Assembly (NCBI GenBank): GCA_023390775.1
Contig: JAEWCF010000014.1
Coordinates: 2,881-66,880, forward strand
Direction of reading: 5' to 3'
Source: Bacteroidota bacterium
Lineage (GTDB): Bacteria > Bacteroidota > Bacteroidia > Flavobacteriales > Flavobacteriaceae
Length of the DNA stretch: 64,000 nt
In this document: positions 37,436-47,710 of the stretch, one piece after another
How the letters are laid out: the number at the start of each line of letters is the position of its first letter
How positions within the stretch are numbered: the stretch's first letter is position 1
The notes under the pieces: model-generated
Databases searched by the model: none
Told to the model about the DNA's origin: nothing
The model's input: the letters and a program-made list of their open reading frames with translations, nothing else
Translations under genes and position numbers: made by a program

Positions 37436-38953
37436 ATGTCGCAACAAGTACGCGTTCGTTTCGCGCCGAGCCCAACCGGTCCGCTTCACATTGGTGGCGT
37501 CAGGACGGCCCTTTTCAATTATCTTTTTGCCAAAAAGCACGGCGGCGTATTTTACCTGCGCATCGAGGATACCGATCAAAACCGTTTTGTTCCCGGCGCC
37601 GAAGCCTACATCATGGAAGCCCTTGAGTGGCTGGGAATCCCGCCTGACGAAACCGTCGGCAAGAACGAAAAATTCGGGCCGTACCGCCAGAGCGAACGCA
37701 AGGAAATTTACCGTGAGTATGCCGAGAGGCTGATTGCCACCGGCGACGCCTATTACGCTTTCGACACGGCCGAATCGCTTGACGCGCTGCGAAAGGCGGC
37801 CGAGGAAAAGGGCGGCGCCTTTATCTACAATCACGAGAGCCGAAAAAATCTCGATAATTCCCTTAATCTGCCCGAATCCGACCTGAAACGACGGCTCGAA
37901 TCGGGAGAGGATTACGTCATCCGGTTCAAGACTCCTGAAAATGAGACGTTGGAACTTCATGACATCATCCGCGGCGACATCAAATTTGACACGAACCTGT
38001 TGGACGACAAGGTACTGTTCAAGAGCGACGGCATGCCGACCTACCATCTGGCCAATATCGTCGACGATCACCTGATGGAGACTTCCCACGTGATCCGGGG
38101 CGAAGAATGGCTGCCCTCGTTGCCGCTGCATGCGATGCTGTACCGCGCCTTCGGCTGGACACCGCCCCAATTTGCGCATTTGCCGTTGATACTGAAGCCG
38201 GTCGGAAACGGAAAACTGTCCAAACGCGATGGCGACAAACTGGGCTTTCCGGTCTTTCCGCTGGATTGGAAAGGTGCCGACGGAACCTCGCCCGGTTATC
38301 GCGAAGCCGGTTTCCTTCCCGAGGCCGTCATTAATTTCCTGGCGCTCCTGGGCTGGAACGACGGTACCGAGAAGGAAATTTTCACCCTTGATGAACTTGT
38401 CAGTGCCTTCGATCTTTCGCGTGTGCACAAGGCCGGGGCCAAATTCGATCCGGTGAAGAACCGGACCTTCAACCACCAACACCTGATCCGCAAAAGCGAT
38501 CGCGACCTGGCCGAAGCATTCTTGCCAATCTTAAAGGCACACGGAATTGAACCAGCGCCCCAATATGTTGAAAGGGTGGTGTCCCTGATAAAGGAACGCG
38601 CTTATTTTGTGGGAGATTTTTGGGAATTGGGCAGCTATTTCTTCAACGCACCCATGACCTATGACGAAAAAGCGTCCAAGAACTGGAAACCCGAAACGGG
38701 GCCGTTAATGGAAAAAGTGAGTGCGGTACTTACCCAAATCGAAGGATTCACATCGATGACTATCGAAAGCACGCTTAAAAATTGGATGGAGACCGAAGGC
38801 ATCGGCATGGGGAAAGTCATGCAGCCCTTAAGGTTGAGTCTTGTGGGAGCGTTGCAGGGACCTCATTTGTTTGACATCGCCGAGATGATCGGAAAGGACG
38901 AAACCTTGAGGAGAATCGCTACTGCGGTCAACCACTTTACTCACAAGGAATAA
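37436..38953 (+). CDS. gltX: glutamate--tRNA ligase
   Basis: RFAPSPTGPLHIGGVRTAL (HIGH) and KLSKR (KMSKS) motifs. The start was chosen at MSQQVRVRF. Confidence 0.95.
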   Translation: MSQQVRVRFAPSPTGPLHIGGVRTALFNYLFAKKHGGVFYLRIEDTDQNRFVPGAEAYIMEALEWLGIPPDETVGKNEKFGPYRQSERKEIYREYAERLIATGDAYYAFDTAESLDALRKAAEEKGGAFIYNHESRKNLDNSLNLPESDLKRRLESGEDYVIRFKTPENETLELHDIIRGDIKFDTNLLDDKVLFKSDGMPTYHLANIVDDHLMETSHVIRGEEWLPSLPLHAMLYRAFGWTPPQFAHLPLILKPVGNGKLSKRDGDKLGFPVFPLDWKGADGTSPGYREAGFLPEAVINFLALLGWNDGTEKEIFTLDELVSAFDLSRVHKAGAKFDPVKNRTFNHQHLIRKSDRDLAEAFLPILKAHGIEPAPQYVERVVSLIKERAYFVGDFWELGSYFFNAPMTYDEKASKNWKPETGPLMEKVSAVLTQIEGFTSMTIESTLKNWMETEGIGMGKVMQPLRLSLVGALQGPHLFDIAEMIGKDETLRRIATAVNHFTHKE

Positions 38954-39494
38954 ATTTCACTTCCTCAAGAAAGGCCAATACCGCCTCCGAAGGTTCGGCA
39001 GCAGGCATCCGTTCGATGAGTTTCCTGCATCCGGCAAAATTACGCGTGATCATTTCAAAAGCCTCGCGGCGCCTGCCGGGATTGTCGTCCCGGTTGGAAT
39101 TGGTGAACGAGATCTGCTGTACCACCACGCCCGCACGGAGTTCGGCGACATCGTATTTTTTGTAGTGCGACTGGAAACCGCCCGTATGCTTGACCTTGTC
39201 CTGCACGAAAACCGCAAGCGAATGACCGTGTTCATCGGCCAAAAGGAAATAACCCTTGACCTTACCTTCCTGCTGAACGGTCCTGAAAAGCTTGCCGTCC
39301 CACGAGGCGTAATCCAACCGGTCGTATTTCACCGATTTCCGACGTTTGTCCGGTTCGCGATAATAGAGTTTATTCTTTCCCGGAAATAGTTTTGCATCGG
39401 GAGAAAGCTTGACCGATGTACCGTCTTTCATAAAGATTCCATCCTGCGCAAGGCAGAGCATCGGAAAGAGCAAAAAGATCAGCAAATGTCTCAT
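38937..39494 (-). CDS. hypothetical secreted protein
   Basis: Signal peptide MRHLLIFLLFPMLCLAQ. No family recognised. Confidence 0.55.
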   Translation of the reverse strand: MRHLLIFLLFPMLCLAQDGIFMKDGTSVKLSPDAKLFPGKNKLYYREPDKRRKSVKYDRLDYASWDGKLFRTVQQEGKVKGYFLLADEHGHSLAVFVQDKVKHTGGFQSHYKKYDVAELRAGVVVQQISFTNSNRDDNPGRRREAFEMITRNFAGCRKLIERMPAAEPSEAVLAFLEEVKFIPCE

Positions 39495-40120
39495 AAATAA
39501 ACGATTACGGAACCGCTCAGAATTCCTGCATTGCCCTTGAAATTGACACCCAGATCGTTTTTGTTAAGCGCGCCCAGGAGATTCGTGATCCCATATTGGT
39601 ACATCACATTCAACCGGACGTGTTTGACTCCCGCCGTAATTCCTATAGTTGGGAAAAGGTTGAAGCGGCTGGTTTCGGCGATGTCCTTGGCCAACAGGTC
39701 GGTGCCGGTAACGGAATTCTCCTCATCCGATTTATCGAGCTTCATCTTTCCGCTCACCTGCAGCATCGGGCCAAATTCCAAACTCAAATGGTTTTCGATG
39801 AACTTGTAACTCAACAGGAGCGAGAGCTGTGCAGACGGGATCGTGTAATCCACATCTTTCTTAACCGGGCCTGCCATTGTCTCGACAGTGAAATGATTTT
39901 CGCTGAACTGGATTCCGTAGACCATGTCAAAATCGTTGTAGAAATTGCCGCGCATGGAGAGGCCCGCCTGCCACCCGGCGCCGGGGGCTGTTTTGAAATT
40001 ATCGGTTTTCAGGGTAAACTGGTTGACGCCGCCACCAATCCCAATGCGGTTGGAATCGTGAAGGTCACGCTGGCCCAAGGCCGGAAGTGCCGCGAGAAGC
40101 AATAATGCCATGTATTTCAT
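39491..40120 (-). CDS. outer-membrane beta-barrel (porin-family) protein
   Basis: Signal peptide MKYMALLLLAALPALGQ and an alternating beta-strand pattern. The start was trimmed from the track ORF. Confidence 0.65.
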   Translation of the reverse strand: MKYMALLLLAALPALGQRDLHDSNRIGIGGGVNQFTLKTDNFKTAPGAGWQAGLSMRGNFYNDFDMVYGIQFSENHFTVETMAGPVKKDVDYTIPSAQLSLLLSYKFIENHLSLEFGPMLQVSGKMKLDKSDEENSVTGTDLLAKDIAETSRFNLFPTIGITAGVKHVRLNVMYQYGITNLLGALNKNDLGVNFKGNAGILSGSVIVYL

Positions 40121-40184
40121 AAGGAGACTTTGCCGGCAAACGTAAGGGAAATTTCGTACTTTACGCGAATTAAATAAACTAACT

Positions 40185-41159
40185 ATGGAAAACGTACCTA
40201 CAATTATTTTTATTTTCATCGGACTCGTGATTCTGTTCTCTTCATTCTTTACGGTGAAGCAGCAAACAGCCGTCATTGTGGAGAGGTTCGGGAAATACCA
40301 GAGCATCCGCCAATCCGGGCTTCAGATCAAGATCCCAATCATCGACAAGATTGCGGGCCGCATTAACCTCAAAATCACGCAATTGGACGTTGTGATCGAG
40401 ACCAAGACCAAGGACAACGTGTTTGTCAAGATCAAGGTATCGGTTCAATTCATGGTGATCAAGGACAAGGTTTACGATGCGTTTTACAGGCTCGAATATC
40501 CTCACGACCAAATTACGGCCTATGTTTTTGACGTGGTGCGTGCCGAGGTGCCGAAACTTCGCCTAGACGACGTGTTCGAGCGCAAGGACGACATTGCCAT
40601 CGCGGTCAAGCGCGAGCTCAACGAGGCCATGAGCAGTTACGGATACGACATCATCAATACATTGGTCACCGACATCGATCCGGACATTCAGGTCAAAAAC
40701 GCGATGAACCGCATCAATGCCGCGGACCGCGAAAAGACCGCCGCCGAATTCGAGGCCGAGAGTTCCCGTATCCGAATCGTCGCCAAAGCCAAGGCCGAAG
40801 CCGAAAGCAAGAGGCTCCAGGGCCAGGGTATCGCCGACCAGCGACGTGAAATTGCACGCGGTTTGGTGGAGAGCGTCGATGTACTGAACAAAGTCGGGAT
40901 CAATTCGCAGGAAGCCTCGGCATTGATCGTGGTCACGCAGCATTACGATACGCTGCAGTCCATCGGCGCCGATACCAATTCAAACCTGATCCTGCTTCCG
41001 AATTCGCCACAGGCCGGAAGCGACATGCTCAACAACATGGTCGCTTCATTCACCGCATCCAATCAGGTTGGTGAAGCGATGAAACTCGGGAACCGGAAAA
41101 GATCGATTGAAAAGCGACAAGAATCAGAGGAGGACACTTCCTCGCCGACTGAAATCTAA
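40185..41159 (+). CDS. SPFH/band 7 (stomatin-like) domain protein
   Basis: N-terminal TM followed by an SPFH core (VKQQTAVIVERFGKY...). Confidence 0.85.
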   Translation: MENVPTIIFIFIGLVILFSSFFTVKQQTAVIVERFGKYQSIRQSGLQIKIPIIDKIAGRINLKITQLDVVIETKTKDNVFVKIKVSVQFMVIKDKVYDAFYRLEYPHDQITAYVFDVVRAEVPKLRLDDVFERKDDIAIAVKRELNEAMSSYGYDIINTLVTDIDPDIQVKNAMNRINAADREKTAAEFEAESSRIRIVAKAKAEAESKRLQGQGIADQRREIARGLVESVDVLNKVGINSQEASALIVVTQHYDTLQSIGADTNSNLILLPNSPQAGSDMLNNMVASFTASNQVGEAMKLGNRKRSIEKRQESEEDTSSPTEI

Positions 41160-41164
41160 AACCT

Positions 41165-41185
41165 GGGGCTTCGGCCCCTTTTTTT
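41165..41185 (+). terminator. rho-independent terminator after the SPFH gene
   Basis: Hairpin GGGGC-ttcg-GCCCC followed by T7. Confidence 0.75.
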
Positions 41186-41350
41186 ATGCGTAAAAACGCA
41201 AAATTGAAAATAAACCGGTTTGACGCCTTTTTTTCACCCGGGATGATCGCCAATCCGAATAAAATCAGAAAGGGCCACAGAAGCGAATTATGAAAGCCGT
41301 TTTTAATCAAGTGAAATTATAACATCTGTGATCTCTATAATTATTCTATA

Positions 41351-41380
41351 TAATAAGAAAACCCTCTTGAATTAAGAGGG
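41351..41380 (-). terminator. rho-independent terminator after glnS
   Basis: Hairpin AACCCTCTT-aattc-AAGAGGGTT followed by TTTTCTTAT on the minus strand. Confidence 0.65.
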
Positions 41381-41404
41381 TTCAATTGTTTTAAACTATT
41401 TCGA

Positions 41405-43435
41405 TTATTTTACCACGATGTCTTCCGGCAATCCGAACTTTTGACGAAGCGCTTCCGATGTTTCCCTTACAAAAGGCGATTCGCTCTTGGCAGACATCGT
41501 AAAAAATTTAGTGAGCAGTTCCCGGTCGATATCAGTGTGCGAGATTTTATCGGAATACTTCAAAATCCAGTTGGCAAACAAAAGCCCGCTCTTGTTATTG
41601 GTCACGTTTTTCCTGAATGAATTTTGAAGAAGGCCGAATCCGTCGACCGATGCGATCGCAGAACCAACTAATTGCTCCACCGAATTTCGCTCTTCGTCAT
41701 TCGACGCCTTGAAGTACCGATTGATTTCCTTCAGCGCGTTATTGATGGCATTTTCATCCTTTTTGCCCTTTTCTTCCCAAGCATCCTTAAGGGTCACGGT
41801 GCGGTTGAAGACAAGTGTTTCGGCGTTGGAATCGGGATCGACGGTAAAGTAGCCAAGACGCTGGAATTGAAACTGTTCGCCAGGTTTCGCAACCTTTAAC
41901 CCGGGTTCCAGATAACCTGTGATGACCTTGAGGGACTCGGGGTTGACGAAGTCCAGAAAATCCTTATCCTTGTGCGTATCGGGCGATTCCTCGGTGAAGA
42001 GGCGGTCATAGAGCCTGATTTCGGCTGAAATGGCGTGCTGGGCCGAAACCCAGTGCAGCGTCCCCGCCACTTTCCGCATCGAGGCCTCGGTACCGCTTCC
42101 GCTAAGGCTATCGGGATCGTAATTGACATGGATCTCGCTGATGAGGCCGTCGGCGTCCTTGATCACGGTTTCGGCTTTGATGATGTATGCATTTTTCAAG
42201 CGGACTTCCTTTCCGGGCGAAAGCCTGAAGAATTTTGCCGGAGCGTCTTCCATGAAATCCTCGCGTTCGATGAAAATCTCCCGTGAAAACGGAATCTCGC
42301 GAACGCCCGCCGAATCGTCTTCGGGATTATTTTCGGCCTCGAGCCATTCCACTTTGTCATGCGGATAATTGGAAATCACTACTTTGACGGGATCGAGTAC
42401 GGCCATCACCCGCGGCGCAGTCTTGTTAAGATCCTCGCGGACGCAGAATTCCAGCATCGACACATTGATAAGATTGTCGCGTTTGGCGATGCCGATCATG
42501 TTCGCAAAATTCCGGAGCGAAGCCGCCGTATAACCCCGACGGCGCAGTCCTGAAATCGTGGACATTCTGGGATCGTCCCAACCCGAAACGTGCTTTTCGT
42601 TTACCAGTTGCAACAGCTTCCTCTTGCTCACCACGGTATGGCTCAGGTTACGGCGTGCAAATTCGCGCTGTTTGGGACGGATGTCCTTTTCGTCATAGAC
42701 CTGGTCCAGGAACCAGTCGTAAAGTTCACGGTGTGGCAGGAATTCCAGGGTGCAGAAGGAGTGCGAAATGGATTCGATGTAATCGCTCTCGCCATGTGCC
42801 CAATCGTACATCGGGTAGATGCACCAATCATTACCGGTACGGTGATGGTGCTTGTGCAAAATACGGTACATGATGGGGTCGCGCATCAGCATGTTCGGCG
42901 ATTTCATATCGATTTTCGCCCGAAGGATGTGCGTTCCCTCTTCGAATTCGCCGGCTTTCATCCGTCGGAACAGATCCAGATTTTCTTCTACCGAACGGTT
43001 CCGGTAAGGACTTTCAACACCGGGTTCCGTAGGTGTGCCCTTTTGAGCGGCCATCTCCTCGGAAGTCTGCGAATCCACATATGCCTTGCCCTTCTCGATG
43101 AGCTGTTCGGCCCAGTCATACAACTGCTGGAAGTAGTCGGAGGCGTAGCGCTCCTCGGCCCATTTGTATCCGAGCCATTCCACATCACGCTTGATCGCAT
43201 CGACATACTCCTGCTCTTCCTTGGCGGGATTGGTGTCGTCAAAACGAAGGTTGACGGGCGCATCGTAGGAGAGCCCAAGCCCGAAATTCAGGGCGATAGA
43301 ACTCGCGTGGCCGATGTGCAGATAGCCGTTCGGCTCTGGAGGAAACCTGAAGCGCAGGCTACTCTTGGGCATTCCCGATGCCAGGTCGTCCTCTATGATT
43401 TGTTCGATGAAATTGAGCGATTTTTCGTCTGCCAT
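41405..43435 (-). CDS. glnS: glutamine--tRNA ligase with an appended C-terminal region of about 125 aa
   Basis: FPPEPNGYLHIGHA (HIGH) and VVSKRKL (KMSKS-like) motifs. The start was chosen at MADEKSLNFIEQIIEDDL. Total length is 676 aa. Confidence 0.92.
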   Translation of the reverse strand: MADEKSLNFIEQIIEDDLASGMPKSSLRFRFPPEPNGYLHIGHASSIALNFGLGLSYDAPVNLRFDDTNPAKEEQEYVDAIKRDVEWLGYKWAEERYASDYFQQLYDWAEQLIEKGKAYVDSQTSEEMAAQKGTPTEPGVESPYRNRSVEENLDLFRRMKAGEFEEGTHILRAKIDMKSPNMLMRDPIMYRILHKHHHRTGNDWCIYPMYDWAHGESDYIESISHSFCTLEFLPHRELYDWFLDQVYDEKDIRPKQREFARRNLSHTVVSKRKLLQLVNEKHVSGWDDPRMSTISGLRRRGYTAASLRNFANMIGIAKRDNLINVSMLEFCVREDLNKTAPRVMAVLDPVKVVISNYPHDKVEWLEAENNPEDDSAGVREIPFSREIFIEREDFMEDAPAKFFRLSPGKEVRLKNAYIIKAETVIKDADGLISEIHVNYDPDSLSGSGTEASMRKVAGTLHWVSAQHAISAEIRLYDRLFTEESPDTHKDKDFLDFVNPESLKVITGYLEPGLKVAKPGEQFQFQRLGYFTVDPDSNAETLVFNRTVTLKDAWEEKGKKDENAINNALKEINRYFKASNDEERNSVEQLVGSAIASVDGFGLLQNSFRKNVTNNKSGLLFANWILKYSDKISHTDIDRELLTKFFTMSAKSESPFVRETSEALRQKFGLPEDIVVK

Positions 43436-43526
43436 GATTGATGGATAAAGGGCCAAAGTTACAATTTTAAGGACAAACACGGGATTGCGGCTTTCGTGCG
43501 AATGCGTACCTTTATAAAAAATAACC

Positions 43527-43886
43527 ATGGGAAGCATCAAGCTCAAGAACATCCGTACTTTTTCCTATCACGGCTGCCTGGCCGAGGAAGCCAAAATAGG
43601 TTCGGAATACAGTGTAGACCTTGAAATCAAGACCGATCTTCGAAAATCGGCGATCTCCGACAAGCTCGAGGACACGGTGGATTACGTTTACCTGAACCGC
43701 GTCGTCAAGGAAGAAATGGACATCCGGTCCAACCTCCTGGAACACGTCGCGCACCGGATTATCCAACGCATTTTCAAAGAATTGCCTCAGGTGAGCAGGA
43801 TCGTCCTGTCGGTTTCCAAAATCAACCCGCCTATTGAAGGCGATGTGGAAGCGGTATCCGTCGTGATGGAAGAATACCGCAATTAA
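43527..43886 (+). CDS. folB: dihydroneopterin aldolase
   Basis: 119 aa, with FSYHGCLAEEAKIGSEYSVDLEI typical of FolB. Confidence 0.85.
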   Translation: MGSIKLKNIRTFSYHGCLAEEAKIGSEYSVDLEIKTDLRKSAISDKLEDTVDYVYLNRVVKEEMDIRSNLLEHVAHRIIQRIFKELPQVSRIVLSVSKINPPIEGDVEAVSVVMEEYRN

Positions 43887-43941
43887 GCGAAGTGCTGTAG
43901 GCTTTGAACAATTTTTTTTTATATTTGCCGTCCATTGCAAT

Positions 43942-44012
43942 GGCGTCGTGGCCGAGTGGCTAGGCTGGGCTCTGCAAAAGCTCCTACTGCGGTTCGAATC
44001 CGCACGATGCCT
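43942..44012 (+). tRNA. tRNA-Cys (anticodon GCA)
   Basis: Hand-folded cloverleaf: 7-bp acceptor stem GGCGUCG/CGAUGCC (one G-U pair), anticodon stem GGGCU/AGCUC with loop CUGCAAA, T arm UGCGG-UUCGAAU-CCGCA, and discriminator U (a Cys identity element). CCA is not encoded. Confidence 0.8.
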
Positions 44013-44015
44013 CAA

Positions 44016-44043
44016 AAAGCTCCCAATTCCGGGGGCTTTTTTT
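44016..44043 (+). terminator. rho-independent terminator after tRNA-Cys, probably bidirectional (also follows the LysE-family gene stop)
   Basis: Hairpin AAGCUCCC-aauucc-GGGGGCUU followed by T7. An A-tract upstream gives a U-tract on the other strand. Confidence 0.7.
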
Positions 44044-44722
44044 ATTCGATCTTTTCAAGTGCCTGCTTGACAAGCTTTTGGTCGCTCGGAAAAAATCCCT
44101 GGACCATGATCACGACGCCAAACACGATTAAAAGGATGCTGATCACCTTCTTGATGTTGAAGATATTCCTGGGTGTCATCTTGCGTTTGAGTTGCTTGGC
44201 CAAAAGAATTTTGCCGATGTCGACAACCAGGTAAGTGGCCAGAACGCTGCCGAAGAAAGTCACCATCCGGGAAATGTCCAGATTGAGCTTCGGGCCGACG
44301 GTGATGATGATCATGAACCAGAACAAGAGCACGCCAAAATTGATGAAATTGAGCAGGAAGCCGTTGAAAAAAAGGTTGCGGTAATTTTTCTTGATTTCCT
44401 CAACGGTGATGTCTTCCTCGGTCTTTACGTTCCGCCCTATCTTCCGAAGTTTCAGAAACGATACGAGGCCATAGGAACCCATCAAGATTCCGCCAAAGAT
44501 GAAGATCGAGGGATCGTCCTTGATGGTCTCAATAAGGCGCACACTGCTCCCGAAAGCGATCAGGATAAAGATGATGTCGGCCACGATCACGCCGATATCA
44601 AAGGCAAGCGCGGCCCTGAATCCTTTGACCACACTAGTCTCCAACAGGACAAAAAACACCGGCCCAATCAGGAAACTGAGAAAAATTCCAAGTGGTATCG
44701 CCGTAAGAATGTCCTGGATCAT
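44042..44722 (-). CDS. LysE/RhtB family amino-acid exporter
   Basis: 226 aa, multi-TM, with the N-terminus LGIFLSFLIGPVFFVLLETS typical of LysE. Confidence 0.75.
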   Translation of the reverse strand: MIQDILTAIPLGIFLSFLIGPVFFVLLETSVVKGFRAALAFDIGVIVADIIFILIAFGSSVRLIETIKDDPSIFIFGGILMGSYGLVSFLKLRKIGRNVKTEEDITVEEIKKNYRNLFFNGFLLNFINFGVLLFWFMIIITVGPKLNLDISRMVTFFGSVLATYLVVDIGKILLAKQLKRKMTPRNIFNIKKVISILLIVFGVVIMVQGFFPSDQKLVKQALEKIE

Positions 44723-44738
44723 GTAAATGACAGAAAAG

Positions 44739-45404
44739 TTACCGGGCTTCGGTGATGTTGCCGCCGAGCGTTGTTTTCTGGTCTATTTTCGCGGGCTTGC
44801 CGTAAATAATAACGTCCCCACCGGCCTTCACCTCCGCATCCACATAGGCTGTCGCATGGATCTTGGCCTGTCCGCCGGCGTTGATATCCACCTCGGCACG
44901 CCTGGAAACCAGGTCTTGCGCATTGACCTCGCCCCCGGTTCCGATCTTAACCTCAAGTTCATCCACCGTTCCCTTAAGGTCCAGGATACCTCCGGTGACA
45001 GCCCGCACTTCGGCCTCGCCAACTTCCATTTGTACCCTGATATTACCGCCCTCGCGCGCCGTGAGCGACAGGTTGGATTGCCTGAACGGCGTGGCACAGC
45101 CCACGAAGGAACCTTCGCTGGCCTGGATGGAGTGCAGTTCGATAAAATATACCTTAACCTCAATGCCTTCGCCGTCGAGGATCCGATTGATCTTCATGCG
45201 CAATTTAAGCTCGCCATTTTTATTGACCACTTCCACATCGCCCGTGCTGTTGCCCATGATCTCCACGCGCTCCTCATCGGCTGCGATCAATTCTACATTG
45301 ATTTGGTCAAAGGCCGAAAGATGCCGGAACTCGCCCGGCTTTCGCGAAACCTGCGAAAATGCGGGGATAGCTGCCATCAGCAATAAGACAAGTACTTTTT
45401 TCAT
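44739..45404 (-). CDS. head GIN domain (DUF2807) protein, secreted
   Basis: Signal peptide and repeated beta-solenoid-like G-x-G/V-x-V pattern (INAGGQAKIHATAYVDAEVKAGGDVIIYG). Confidence 0.7.
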   Translation of the reverse strand: MKKVLVLLLMAAIPAFSQVSRKPGEFRHLSAFDQINVELIAADEERVEIMGNSTGDVEVVNKNGELKLRMKINRILDGEGIEVKVYFIELHSIQASEGSFVGCATPFRQSNLSLTAREGGNIRVQMEVGEAEVRAVTGGILDLKGTVDELEVKIGTGGEVNAQDLVSRRAEVDINAGGQAKIHATAYVDAEVKAGGDVIIYGKPAKIDQKTTLGGNITEAR

Positions 45405-47590
45405 GATTGTGAATCGTTTTTACGGATATAATGAAAATCGAGTTGCTTCTTGACAAGGTCGGCATTTTTTACTTTCACCCAAACCTCGTCTCCCAATTGA
45501 AGCAACTGCTTGGAAATTTCTCCTACCAGTGCGTACTGTTTTTCGTCGAAGGTGTAATAATCATCCTTTATCTCACGGATCCGGCACATGCCCTCACACT
45601 TGTTTTCGATTATCTCAACGTAGATGCCCCATTCTGTCACACCTGAGATGACGCCCAAAAATTCCTCGTTGTTGTGGTCCTGCATGTATTTGACCTGCAT
45701 GTATTTGACTGAATCGCGTTCGGCGCTGGTCGCCAGGTTTTCCATGTTGGACGAATGTTCGCACTTGACCTCGTAATGCTCTGCGTTTGCCGATTTCCCG
45801 CCATCCAGGTAATACTGGAGCAGTCGGTGTACCATAACGTCCGGATAACGGCGGATAGGCGAAGTAAAATGCGAATAGTAATCGAAAGCAAGCCCGTAAT
45901 GCCCGATGTTCTCGGTGGAATATTTGGCCTTGCTCATGCTTCGGATGGTGAGGGTGTCCACCATATTCTGTTCCTTCTTGCCCACGACATCCTGCAAAAG
46001 ATTATTGAGCGATTTGGAAATGTCCTTTTTTGATTTGAAACTGATGCTGTATCCGAACTTGGAAATGACCGACTGCAGCCCCATCAGTTTTTCCTCGCTT
46101 GGCTCGTCGTGGATCCGGTAAACAAAGGTCTTCTTTTGCTTGCCGATGAACTCGGCGACCTTGCGGTTGGCCAGGAGCATGAATTCCTCGATCAGGTGGT
46201 TGGCGTCCTTGGATATCTTGAAATAGACACCGGTAGGTTCACCTTCGGGGCTGAGATTGAACTTCACCTCGACCTTGTCAAAGGAGATGGCGCCGTTCTT
46301 CATGCGGTTTTTGCGGAAAATCTTCGCAAGCCTGTCCATTTCCAGGACCGCCTCGGTAATCTCGGCAGGGGCGGTGTACGCCTGGTCGGTCAACGAAACA
46401 TCCGCCGGAATCTCGCCTTTGCCCGTTTCAATGATGACCTGCGCCTCTTCATAGGAAAAACGGTGGTCCGAATAGATGACCGTGCGGCCAAACCACTGGT
46501 TGGTTACCTGGGCGGCCGGAGTGATCTCAAACACCGCCGAAAACGTATACTTTTCCTCGTGTGGGCGAAGGGAACATGCAAAATTTGAGAGGACTTCGGG
46601 AAGCATCGGCACGACTCGGTCCACCAAATAAACCGAAGTCGCCCGGCTGTACGCCTCGTCATCCAAAACGGTCCCTTCCTGCAAATAGTAGGAAACGTCG
46701 GCGATGTGGATCCCGATTTCGTAATTGCCGTTCTCCAATCTCCTGAAGGAAAGCGCATCGTCAAAATCCTTGGCATCCCGCGGATCGATGGTAAAGGTCA
46801 GGATATCGCGCATGTCGCGGCGGTTTGCGATTTCCGATGCCTGGATGGAAGTATCCAGCCTCTCGGCATATTCCTCCACTTCGCGCGGGAATTCGTAGGG
46901 AAGGCCGTACTCGGCGAGGATGGCGTGGATCTCGGTGTCGTGTTCTCCCGGCTTGCCCAGCACGTCGATCACGCTGCCAAACGGGCTGTCGGCCTTTGCG
47001 GGCCAATCTTCAATTTTCACCACGACCACATCGCCCTGCTCCGCCTTCCCGATCTTGTCTTTCGGGATAAAGATATCAGTATACATCTTCGCGTTGGCGG
47101 TATTGACAAAGGCAAAGTTTTTCTGGATGTCGATAACGCCCACGAATTCGGTTTTCTTGCGCTCCAGCACTTCCACGACCTCTCCCTCCTGGCGCTTGCC
47201 GGTCCGTCGGTTGTAAACGTAGACCTTGACGCGGTCGCCGTCCAGGGCGTGGTTCAGGTTATTTGTAGGGATGAAGACGTCCTCAGCAAAATCGGGACAA
47301 ATAAAATAGGCCGTTTTGCGGCTGGTCATGTCGATCTTGCCCTCGTAATAATCACGGCTTTCGGCCTTGACCAGGTATTTTCCGGGTTCCGATTCGATGA
47401 TTTTCTTTTGGGCCGCGAGCAGCTTCAGGTCCCTGATGATCTCGTTGCGGCTTTTTGTGTCATCGAGTTCGAGCTTGGCGGCAATCTGCTTATAGTTGTA
47501 GGTTTTGTTGGCGTGTTTTGAAAGTATCTTTAAAATCTTGTCTGTAAAATCCTTTTCTTTCTTCTTTCCGGGTTTACCAGGTTTTTTCAT
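45401..47590 (-). CDS. rnr: ribonuclease R
   Basis: RNB domain (TIDPRDAKDFDDALS), cold-shock-like N-terminal region, C-terminal S1 domain; 729 aa. Confidence 0.92.
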   Translation of the reverse strand: MKKPGKPGKKKEKDFTDKILKILSKHANKTYNYKQIAAKLELDDTKSRNEIIRDLKLLAAQKKIIESEPGKYLVKAESRDYYEGKIDMTSRKTAYFICPDFAEDVFIPTNNLNHALDGDRVKVYVYNRRTGKRQEGEVVEVLERKKTEFVGVIDIQKNFAFVNTANAKMYTDIFIPKDKIGKAEQGDVVVVKIEDWPAKADSPFGSVIDVLGKPGEHDTEIHAILAEYGLPYEFPREVEEYAERLDTSIQASEIANRRDMRDILTFTIDPRDAKDFDDALSFRRLENGNYEIGIHIADVSYYLQEGTVLDDEAYSRATSVYLVDRVVPMLPEVLSNFACSLRPHEEKYTFSAVFEITPAAQVTNQWFGRTVIYSDHRFSYEEAQVIIETGKGEIPADVSLTDQAYTAPAEITEAVLEMDRLAKIFRKNRMKNGAISFDKVEVKFNLSPEGEPTGVYFKISKDANHLIEEFMLLANRKVAEFIGKQKKTFVYRIHDEPSEEKLMGLQSVISKFGYSISFKSKKDISKSLNNLLQDVVGKKEQNMVDTLTIRSMSKAKYSTENIGHYGLAFDYYSHFTSPIRRYPDVMVHRLLQYYLDGGKSANAEHYEVKCEHSSNMENLATSAERDSVKYMQVKYMQDHNNEEFLGVISGVTEWGIYVEIIENKCEGMCRIREIKDDYYTFDEKQYALVGEISKQLLQLGDEVWVKVKNADLVKKQLDFHYIRKNDSQS

Positions 47591-47710
47591 TTGATCTTTG
47601 AATAATCGTGAAAATTACAAAATACTTCACAGATAAGGGGCCGGAGCCATCAGTTTAATTTATTATTAACTGGCTTTCACGTCGGGTATAAGCCGATCGG
47701 GTTTATCTTT

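Noticed and set aside
37385-38482. 365-aa ORF on the minus strand
   Set aside because: Antisense to gltX, which has HIGH and KMSKS motifs. It has shadow-ORF composition and no signal of its own.
41050-41310. 86-aa minus-strand ORF spanning the SPFH gene end and the spacer
   Set aside because: It overlaps the SPFH coding end and its terminator hairpin, and has no supporting features.
43512-44015. 167-aa minus-strand ORF
   Set aside because: It overlaps folB in antisense and covers the tRNA-Cys gene. Its composition is atypical, so it is judged spurious.
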